Of a DNA stretch of 55,131 nt, positions 48,017-55,131 are shown one piece after another. The DNA is from a virus (Duplodnaviria; Caudoviricetes). Where the stretch lies: positions 1 through 55,131 of IMG/VR virus record IMGVR_UViG_3300046028_005522, one strand, 5' to 3'. Every line of letters starts with the position of its first letter. The stretch's first letter is position 1. A program made the position numbers and the translations under genes. The notes beneath the pieces are model-generated. The model was not told the DNA's origin, made no database searches, and saw only the letters and a program-made list of their open reading frames with translations.

Positions 48017-49158
48017 TGCATTTCCTTTGCTAGTGTTGGCCATAACTCAACAAACTTGTTTGTTTTTTTCAACGTGTTTTCTATTTCTAAGTGCCATGCC
48101 AACGTTTTTGATGGTTTAAAATTTGTTTGGTCTCTAAGATAACTATTATCTTGTAATGTGTTACGATAAGTTTTTAAAACATCTATTGCTAAATTTCTTC
48201 TGTCGCCATACTTATCTATCACTTGATTGATTTCTGCAACAGCCAAGTCTCGTAATGTTTGAGAATGTCTTCGTATGTCTAGTTCCATTGGATGATTGAG
48301 TTCGCACCAATAGATGCCTAACTCTTCTGCAATACAAAAATCATAGTACTCCATGAGATCAAATGCACAGTAAATTGAATAAGCTGGGTGTGCGTTTACG
48401 TTCTGCCCATCCAGTTTCATTTGTCGTAAATTTTTCACAAACTGTTCCCAATTTGCTCGATCTCTTACATATTCAAACTTTTCTTTGTTGGCATTGTCAA
48501 AGCTAACCATCCATTCTACCTTAGGCCATGTTTTGAGAATTTGATAGATAGGATTGGTTGTGATTTCCATGCTGAGATTGGTTGTGACCATTACTGATAC
48601 TGTGGCAGGATTAAGATAACTTAAAAATACATCCAACCCTTTTTGCAGCAATGGTTCTCCGCCACCAAGACTGAGCCCTTGTATGTTGTGGCCTTGTGTC
48701 TTGGCTAATTCAATTAAATCATCATGTTCGTTTTTGACATGATTGATAGGAATTTTTTTCACGCTTTGCCAAGCAGTTGATGTTTGATCGTTACAATACA
48801 CGCAAGTTAAATTGCAAAGATTACTCCAATTAACTACCAAGTGTTCCAGCTTAAAAAAATCTATGTCAGCATCAATTGCGGCCAACGTCTCTTCACTTGC
48901 ATGTCTTACTGTTCTGCCACTGCTGCCCGTAGTTTCTTCCAAGCGTTTGCACCAGCTACAACCAGGATGCCATTCGCCACGAGCCATAGCTTCTCGCATA
49001 CTGGTAACTTTGGGACCATGTATGATCTCTTGAATGGTGTTTTTCTTGTTGTTACCAATCATGTCAACACAATGAAAACACGGACTGGTTTCACCAGCTT
49101 GATCAATGTTGAGACTGGTCCAGGGTGCTGAACAAAACGTAGGACTTTTGGTTATCAT
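48013..49158 (-). CDS. Twitch-domain radical SAM protein
   Basis: FCSAPW...PC...CSWC; CNLTCVYC; GGGEPL; TTN. Confidence 0.92.
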   Translation of the reverse strand: MITKSPTFCSAPWTSLNIDQAGETSPCFHCVDMIGNNKKNTIQEIIHGPKVTSMREAMARGEWHPGCSWCKRLEETTGSSGRTVRHASEETLAAIDADIDFFKLEHLVVNWSNLCNLTCVYCNDQTSTAWQSVKKIPINHVKNEHDDLIELAKTQGHNIQGLSLGGGEPLLQKGLDVFLSYLNPATVSVMVTTNLSMEITTNPIYQILKTWPKVEWMVSFDNANKEKFEYVRDRANWEQFVKNLRQMKLDGQNVNAHPAYSIYCAFDLMEYYDFCIAEELGIYWCELNHPMELDIRRHSQTLRDLAVAEINQVIDKYGDRRNLAIDVLKTYRNTLQDNSYLRDQTNFKPSKTLAWHLEIENTLKKTNKFVELWPTLAKEMQ

Positions 49159-49739
49159 TAGATCAATGGCGCTAATAAGGTATAGCTACTTAGTCTAAAA
49201 GTTCCTGGTGGTACTTCGCTTAACATTGCATGCCAGTGTAAATGAGTATACTCGTTTTTTCTAGGAAAATTTAACATTATGTAACCAGTGTTTGGTATGG
49301 ATAAAAATTGTTTTCTTACTGGAGCTCCATTCTTATTGTGATAAAAACAAGTTCCCAGTTGCTCATGAGCAGCAATCCAATTCAGCTGCATGGCTCCAGA
49401 CAACTCACCATCAGTGTGCATCAAACATGTAAATCCTGGCTCGTCCAGCCACCAGGTAGAACCATATGATACTTCTAATTTTCTTCCAATGACTTCTCCT
49501 ACTTTAGACCATATTGTGTTTATATGGTCGTCCCACTCTCTAGTCCAGGGGATACTATCAGTTAAAATACGCCGACGTAACCAATGTTCTTGTCCTTCTT
49601 GTCGTATCCAGGGCAAATCTAACCATGAGGTAGTCAGCACTTTTTCCACAAGCTCTGGAGACACTATATCTTTTACTTCAAAAAGATTGTTATATTCGTC
49701 AACAGGTGTTATTTGCATAGGAATGCCAGTTCCGGCCAT
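49158..49739 (-). CDS. 2OG-Fe(II) oxygenase-like protein
   Basis: WLDEPGF...MHTD...HWHAM...FRLS. Confidence 0.75.
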   Translation of the reverse strand: MAGTGIPMQITPVDEYNNLFEVKDIVSPELVEKVLTTSWLDLPWIRQEGQEHWLRRRILTDSIPWTREWDDHINTIWSKVGEVIGRKLEVSYGSTWWLDEPGFTCLMHTDGELSGAMQLNWIAAHEQLGTCFYHNKNGAPVRKQFLSIPNTGYIMLNFPRKNEYTHLHWHAMLSEVPPGTFRLSSYTLLAPLI

Positions 49740-50857
49740 AAACGTTCAAACTCTCCAGCTTTATCTGGATGATACCGAGTTTCATTGTCATGTATGTGCT
49801 TGAAGAATGCTGTGTCAATTTTACTGACTTTGCTCTCACTCAATCTGTTGCGATAGGTGGCTAACGCATTGTCAAAGAACTGGCGTTCAGCAGGAGTGGC
49901 AATATTCATCTCATAGAAACGTTCAATCTCTGCTATGGCTTCCCGCGCAACACCAGCACCATGCAAGAATGGATCAAGGTATTCAGGTTGAAACAAGTTT
50001 TGCCACAGCACTGTGGTGCCTGTATCTTCAGCAAACTGTCTTAACTCACAGATGCGTGTGGCATTGTAAATGTTGTATACTGCATGTATACCGCCCCATT
50101 GACCTTGCGTGGTCATGAGATGTTTGATCTTACTCAAGTTTTCTTTGATCAACACCCAGCTGGCACCATGGCGCACATATTCCACGCGGTCACCTACATT
50201 GTCAAAGCTCATTGACCAGCCTACTCGATTGCGTGTTGATAACTTTTGGAATATCTTGTTTGAATCCAAGTCCACATTCAAGTTTGTGATCAGTGTAACA
50301 ATAGCATCTTTAGGAATGACATCTAACAGTCTATTGTTTTCTGGCAGCAACAGTGGCTCGCCACCTACAAGTGCTACTTCGTGTATGTGTTCATAGTGCT
50401 GTTCAATGAAGTCGCATACACTATCATAATAAGGTCTTGCACCTGACTTGAATGGAACGCCTTTGAGGCTGGCCCATTTTGAACTGCATGACTCGCCACA
50501 GTAGTTGCAACTCAAGTTACATGTGGTATTCCATCGCACATCCACAATCACAGGATAATGATACTGATCACCAGCAGTGGCATAGTCAAAGTTGGGATTC
50601 ACATTGTTGTGCCACTGGCGTTCAGAATCTGCACCAAAGCGTTCGGCTCGCACACAGTTAGAACAGTATTCGTGCGGTTCACCTTGGGCCAAACTGGTGC
50701 GTATCTCTGTCATGAGATTTGAGTTAAGGATCTGCTCAATTGTTTGTGTATTGAGATTGCCCAGCAGGTTGGGATTGCCAGCACAGCAAGTTTTAACGTC
50801 ACCTCTGGGATTGATATGCAAGCCACGCCAAGGGGCTGCGCAAAAGAAATTGCTCAT
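49709..50857 (-). CDS. Twitch-domain radical SAM protein (in frame with upstream nuclease)
   Basis: MSNFFCAAPW...TCC...CSNC; CNLSCNYC; GGEPL; own ATG 4 nt after TAAATA. Confidence 0.9.
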   Translation of the reverse strand: MSNFFCAAPWRGLHINPRGDVKTCCAGNPNLLGNLNTQTIEQILNSNLMTEIRTSLAQGEPHEYCSNCVRAERFGADSERQWHNNVNPNFDYATAGDQYHYPVIVDVRWNTTCNLSCNYCGESCSSKWASLKGVPFKSGARPYYDSVCDFIEQHYEHIHEVALVGGEPLLLPENNRLLDVIPKDAIVTLITNLNVDLDSNKIFQKLSTRNRVGWSMSFDNVGDRVEYVRHGASWVLIKENLSKIKHLMTTQGQWGGIHAVYNIYNATRICELRQFAEDTGTTVLWQNLFQPEYLDPFLHGAGVAREAIAEIERFYEMNIATPAERQFFDNALATYRNRLSESKVSKIDTAFFKHIHDNETRYHPDKAGEFERLWPELAFLCK

Positions 50858-51313
50858 CCCGTATTTACAGGAGTATAATTGGCACCAACTTGTTTTGGCT
50901 TCGCCGTAGTACTCACGTGCAAAACCATTAGCAATCAACTGCTGACGTAGGCTAACACCGTTTAACAGCACATCTCCCAGTACACGCCCGCCATACTTGT
51001 CCCAGTCCATGAGTACAATTTGACGCTTTTGACTGGCAGCAATCAGTTGTTTGGTAAATGCACTAGCAGCTTCGCCGCGCTGTGCTTCACTAGCACACTG
51101 AGCACGATGTCCTTTTTCAGGGGTGTCCACACCAAACACTCGAATACTGAGTTCTGGTTTAAGTGGTGCTGGTAACCAGGTAGCAGCAATACCCACTGTG
51201 TCGCCGTCGATTACTCTGGTGATCACAGCGTCATAGGTAACGCCAGGTCGTTGTTTGGGTTGTGCTAGGGCCAGCACAGGTAATACAAGTAAGAGTAGAA
51301 GTAGTTTTTTCAT
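50858..51313 (-). CDS. Staphylococcal nuclease (SNase) family protein with signal peptide; no stop before the radical SAM gene
   Basis: MKKLLLLLLVLPVLALA; RVIDGDT, IRVFGVDTPE, DKYGGRVLG. Confidence 0.88.
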
Positions 51314-51317
51314 AATT

Positions 51318-51395
51318 TTAATTTGAGAGTTCTTCCCAGCCCATTTTCCAAAGCAGATCAGCATTGGCCGCTGTGTAGGCCACTGCTACAGCCAT
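51318..51395 (-). pseudogene. 25-aa mini-ORF, possible remnant of a deleted gene
   Basis: MAVAVAYTAANADLLWKMGWEELSN; TAATG-coupled to the upstream gene; fills the intergenic gap. Confidence 0.4.
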
Positions 51396-51784
51396 TACCT
51401 TGGGTATCCTTTAAATGCTTTTACAGGACTTGTTTTATCAACAAAGTCGGGTTCTGTACTGTCGGGTGTTGACACCAATTTCTTGCCACCTGGGGTGTTG
51501 GTCATGGTCAACGCCTGATCAATAAGTTGTGCAATGTTTGGGCCCATTCCTGCTACCACACCGTGTTCACCAAATGCAGTTTCAGAGTGCCAGTCGGGCA
51601 TGTGATCGTTAAGGCCATCTGTACTGGCATCACTTCTGGCTCGTGCAAGAGCCACACCAAATCTATAGTTGTTATAAGGATCAGAAGCACTCAATCCTGG
51701 AATGGTATAAGTGTAACGCATGGGATTTGCTTGTTCAGGTGGCAAACTGGCAACTTGCTCTCGAAGAAATTCTCTTGCTCTCAT
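51395..51784 (-). CDS. Putative internal head protein, paralog A
   Basis: MRAREFLRE start; SPVKAFKGYPR end. Confidence 0.65.
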   Translation of the reverse strand: MRAREFLREQVASLPPEQANPMRYTYTIPGLSASDPYNNYRFGVALARARSDASTDGLNDHMPDWHSETAFGEHGVVAGMGPNIAQLIDQALTMTNTPGGKKLVSTPDSTEPDFVDKTSPVKAFKGYPR

Positions 51785-52152
51785 CGTGGATAGCCTTTAA
51801 AAGCAGTAACTGGACTGGTGATGTTCACTCCTGGATGTTCTTGGCTGTGTAAATCACCTTTGTTTAGATCTTTAAAATTAGATCCAGCAGCTTTATATGC
51901 CATCAACAGCATGTTGTGTTCTTCTTTTGTGTAAGGTGCAGCAACGTCATACCTGCCAGCCCAACTTTCATTATCTATTTCAGGAACAAAAGTTCCGTCA
52001 GTGGCTGCGGTTGCCATCATAATTCTATTGAGTTCATACACACGATCCGCAAGATTTTTGTCTCGAAATTTATGTAGACCTACAGTGGCATTTTGATTGC
52101 GTTTGCTAATCTTTCCAGCGCCATTTTCAGTAATAAACTCAAGTGCTCTCAT
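51781..52152 (-). CDS. Putative internal head protein, paralog B
   Basis: MRALEFITE start; SPVTAFKGYPR end. Confidence 0.65.
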   Translation of the reverse strand: MRALEFITENGAGKISKRNQNATVGLHKFRDKNLADRVYELNRIMMATAATDGTFVPEIDNESWAGRYDVAAPYTKEEHNMLLMAYKAAGSNFKDLNKGDLHSQEHPGVNITSPVTAFKGYPR

Positions 52153-52445
52153 CAGGCACTGCCATAACCAATCACGCCTGCGGTGGCTGAACTGGCTGTG
52201 CCAAGTTCTGTTGCGGTAAACGGAGCAGTGGATGTCACTGTTACTTTGTTTCCGGCACCAGAATAAGTTTGATACACAGTGTTGGCTGGGATATTAACTG
52301 GTGCAGAATACAAATTGCCAACTGCGTTGGCTGTTCCTAATGCAACAGCATACACCTGCAACCAAGCATTGGCGGTACTAGTGCTAATCTCAAGTTTGTC
52401 AGTGTAAACAGTAGTATTGCTTAAGGTAGTATATACATTGGCCAT
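52152..52445 (-). CDS. Small beta-rich putative virion protein
   Basis: Thr/Ala-rich; coupled in operon. Confidence 0.6.
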   Translation of the reverse strand: MANVYTTLSNTTVYTDKLEISTSTANAWLQVYAVALGTANAVGNLYSAPVNIPANTVYQTYSGAGNKVTVTSTAPFTATELGTASSATAGVIGYGSA

Positions 52446-52618
52446 TATTTGTTATCCTTGTTGGGCTGACTGACCACGGGTTGAAATAGTTCACGAGTTT
52501 GATACATCACTCCGGGAATTTCCACAGGTTGTTGCCTCACTGAAGGAATAGCCGGAGGTACATATTCATTGGCTTTGCGTTGCGCCAGTTCGGCTGCAAT
52601 TTCACTGTATGGTGTCAT
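52445..52618 (-). CDS. Small hypothetical protein (57 aa, not in ORF track)
   Basis: MTPYSEIAAELAQRKANEYVPPAIPSVRQQPVEIPGVMYQTRELFQPVVSQPNKDNK; fills the gap; TAATG coupling. Confidence 0.65.
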   Translation of the reverse strand: MTPYSEIAAELAQRKANEYVPPAIPSVRQQPVEIPGVMYQTRELFQPVVSQPNKDNK

Positions 52619-52622
52619 TATT

Positions 52623-55070
52623 TTACCCCTTGTAGGCTGTCCATTGATTGGTCAAAGCAAAGATACTTTCTTCGACTTTTTTCTCTTTGTCAGCAACAGC
52701 TTTTTTCATTGGTTCTTTTTTGTCGCCGTCTTTGTCTATGTCTAAAAAGTCTGGCTTCTTGGCTTCTTGGATGCCAGCAATGTCACGCATGCGGCTCAAC
52801 ATCTCTTCAAAACTTTCGTCAAGTTTTTCTTCCGCATCATCCGCATCTTCTTCCGCATCTTCTACATCTTCTTCCGCATCTTCTTTCATGGTGCGTTCCC
52901 ATGGCTTGAGATTGTCTTGTTGAACACCGGCCATTTCCATCATTCTACGAAGAGCTTCATCTTCTTCGTATGTTGTCTGACGGTTTTCTTGGCTGGCAAT
53001 CACAGGTATAGTGGTTTGACCGGTTGACTTGGGACCATTCAAGCCACCAGAGTATTGTAGTGCATCATCACTGGTTTCTTGGTCTGTAGGCCAGTCTGGA
53101 TTGTTTTCGTCCAGAGCTTCATGCACATCTGCGCATGGTTCTTCGCTTTGGCCCATTTCCTGTCCCATGCCTTCACCGCCGCCTAGCCCTGCATTTTTCA
53201 ACAGGCCAGCCAGTTTAAGTGCATCTTCGTCTGTGGCAGTGATGGTCAAGCTCTTGCCGCCTTCGGTTGAGTCGCTCATGTTCACGCTCATTGATTCAGC
53301 AATCATCTTTTCCAATTCACGATTCATCGAGTCGTAAATGCCTTGTCCAAAACTAAAGCCGCTCGACGCAGTTGGAGTATCAGTACCGCCTTGTTCTTTG
53401 ACTTTCTTAGGCTTGTCTTCTTTTTTGTCTTTCTTCTCGTCGTACTCAATGTCTTTGGCAACTTTCTTGCCGGCTTTCTCAGCCTTCTCATCTGATGAGC
53501 CACGCTTTTTGCCATGGATTCCATCTTTTTTCTTTTCGTCGTACTCGATGTCTTTGGTAACTTTGCGACCAGCTTTTTCAGCACGGTTGTCACGCCGGTT
53601 GGTTGACTCTTCACCCATGGCCATTTCTTCATCGCCTTCTTGATTCTGCATGTAGTCGTCCACAGCAGTCATCATGCTTTCAATCTTGGCCAACTTGGAT
53701 TGCACCCATTCTGGCAAGTTGTCGTTGTCACCTAGGATCTTTTCTAAGGCTTGAGCATGACGCACAACAGTTTGAATGCTGTCTTTGGCCATTTCGCCTT
53801 CTTGATCGTATTCGCCTTGATCTGCTGGATCACGGTCGTTTTCTTTAGTCATCAGTTTAGACTTGCCTGATGGTCCTTTGGCTCCCATCTTGCTGCCTGT
53901 GCCTGATGGACGTCCACGACCACGTTTTTGTGGTTCAGCATCAGACGCATCATCAGCGCCTACTGAATGGCCTTGGTCATCTACTCTACGAGTTACTTTA
54001 CGACCTGTAGCTGTATGCTCAATGTCATGCTTGTGACCACGATCAACTGTGCCAACTTTAGGAGCGTCAACACGAGGACGCTTGTGTGCTGTGAACGGAC
54101 TATTATCGTCATCTTCGCCCATGTCAGCACCTTTGCGCAACGCAGCAAGATCAGGACCATCAATTCTTTTTGGGTTGCCGCCCAATGCAGCCATTTTCTT
54201 TTGCTTGGGACTCAATGCACTGCGCATGGCTTCGGCTGCCACATCACCCAGCATTTCGTCAACTTCTTTTTTGGCGCCAGCAATTTTGTCAGCAAATGTA
54301 ATCTTGTCTGCTGGAGGAGCCAGTTTGGCAAATGACTTTTGCTTAGGTGTCATTGACGCCCCGGCCTCTGGCAGATTGGGTTCTGCATGTGTACCTTGTG
54401 CGGCTTTTATACTGCCTTTGAGACTGGAGATTTGACTACGTAATGGCAAGCCTTTTCTTGGTCCTTTTTCTACAGGACTGCCGCTGCCGCCGCGCCCAAA
54501 GCCCTTGCGTAGTGGATCGTTGTGGTCAAATTCGCTACCGCCTATTTTGCGTTTTCTACCTTCATAGTCATCGGGTTTTGGATTATAATAGAGCTCATCG
54601 GCGTCAGGGCCGTAGGTGTAGTCTAGTGGTTCTACTGTGTACAATTTGTCTTTGTACTTTGGGTCACGGTATTTGGCAGCTTCGGTTGTTTTTTGTTCTG
54701 GCTTCTTGCCTGTTTGTGGCACACCCATCTTACGTTGCAGGTCACGCATCATTTCAGCATCGTCACCATGGCCCAATTTGTTTAGCGCCGCGCTGCCAAC
54801 TTTCTTGGCCATACCGCCAACTTTACGGGCCATGTCTCCCATGCCTTCTTCAACAGACTTGTTGTCATACTTGTTGTATTTTTTTCTAACAGGATCAAGT
54901 GGTTTGCCTTCTGCCTCTGCGTCACGCAAAGCCTGCATGCCATCTTTACCGTATTTCATTATGCCTTTGGCAGCACGGCTCATGTCGCGTTCGTTCAACT
55001 GGCCATGTGTTTTGCTAGGTGTCTCACGAATTTCGTCCAGCTTTTTGTTTAAGTCGTAAAAAAATGTCAT
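52623..55070 (-). CDS. Large charged low-complexity head/prohead-associated protein
   Basis: NLPEWVQSKL and KPDFLDIDKDGDKKEPMKKA modules, RGRGRP AT-hook-like motif, repeated [LIVM]-x-E sites. Confidence 0.6.
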   Translation of the reverse strand: MTFFYDLNKKLDEIRETPSKTHGQLNERDMSRAAKGIMKYGKDGMQALRDAEAEGKPLDPVRKKYNKYDNKSVEEGMGDMARKVGGMAKKVGSAALNKLGHGDDAEMMRDLQRKMGVPQTGKKPEQKTTEAAKYRDPKYKDKLYTVEPLDYTYGPDADELYYNPKPDDYEGRKRKIGGSEFDHNDPLRKGFGRGGSGSPVEKGPRKGLPLRSQISSLKGSIKAAQGTHAEPNLPEAGASMTPKQKSFAKLAPPADKITFADKIAGAKKEVDEMLGDVAAEAMRSALSPKQKKMAALGGNPKRIDGPDLAALRKGADMGEDDDNSPFTAHKRPRVDAPKVGTVDRGHKHDIEHTATGRKVTRRVDDQGHSVGADDASDAEPQKRGRGRPSGTGSKMGAKGPSGKSKLMTKENDRDPADQGEYDQEGEMAKDSIQTVVRHAQALEKILGDNDNLPEWVQSKLAKIESMMTAVDDYMQNQEGDEEMAMGEESTNRRDNRAEKAGRKVTKDIEYDEKKKDGIHGKKRGSSDEKAEKAGKKVAKDIEYDEKKDKKEDKPKKVKEQGGTDTPTASSGFSFGQGIYDSMNRELEKMIAESMSVNMSDSTEGGKSLTITATDEDALKLAGLLKNAGLGGGEGMGQEMGQSEEPCADVHEALDENNPDWPTDQETSDDALQYSGGLNGPKSTGQTTIPVIASQENRQTTYEEDEALRRMMEMAGVQQDNLKPWERTMKEDAEEDVEDAEEDADDAEEKLDESFEEMLSRMRDIAGIQEAKKPDFLDIDKDGDKKEPMKKAVADKEKKVEESIFALTNQWTAYKG

Positions 55071-55075
55071 TTCAA

Positions 55076-55129
55076 TTATCCTCGAGGTTGTGCGCCGGTA
55101 GCGGGCTTAGGTTGACGCTTGATATTGGT
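55076..55129 (-). CDS. C-terminal end of a gene truncated by the window edge
   Basis: ...TNIKRQPKPATGAQPRG-stop just before the next ATG. Confidence 0.5.
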   Translation of the reverse strand, partial: TNIKRQPKPATGAQPRG

Positions 55130-55131
55130 CC

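Noticed and set aside
47261-52618. RiPP cluster with the small ORFs as radical SAM precursor peptides
   Set aside because: No RRE domain, transporter or peptidase, and the small ORFs lack a leader/core pattern.
52825-52885. TCTTCCGCATC-type tandem repeats
   Set aside because: They encode the acidic EDAEED tract; coding low complexity.
1-55131. Numerous short ORFs antisense to or nested in long genes
   Set aside because: Shadow frames of well-supported genes, with no motifs or RBS.
1-55131. CRISPR array, tRNA, rRNA, integrase or transposase
   Set aside because: No repeat-spacer periodicity, cloverleaf or recombinase motifs seen; intergenic gaps are small and explained by promoters, terminators or small ORFs.
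1-55131. Stop-codon reassignment
   Set aside because: Core genes are full length in the standard code, and TAA/TGA stops abut the next starts.

Overview
A gene-dense 55 kb segment of a large T4-like (myovirus-type) bacteriophage genome, mostly coded on the minus strand. It carries T4-type replication, recombination and packaging genes: partial nrdA, gp41 helicase, gp61 primase, a gp62-like clamp loader, uvsW, uvsY, uvsX, gp32 SSB and gp17 terminase. It also has a block of probable virion/head proteins, host-like iscU-iscA, and a promoter-rich early cassette. Many accessory enzymes are present: 4 radical SAM, 3 2OG-Fe(II)-like, 3 SGNH-like, 5 methyltransferases, and an 11 kb glycan-synthesis locus with four KpsS/KpsC-like paralogs. 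The most notable items are: (1) a 644-aa fusion of a Pol-beta-type nucleotidyltransferase and an RNA-ligase-like domain, with a capsid-targeting-like N-terminus, one of about six proteins with that N-terminal signature; (2) a 192-aa miniature DnaE that keeps the catalytic motifs; (3) sigma70 and TAAATA promoters 4-8 nt from start codons, implying widespread leaderless translation; (4) a compound regulatory leader upstream of gp32. All calls come from motif reading by eye and no database searches were run.
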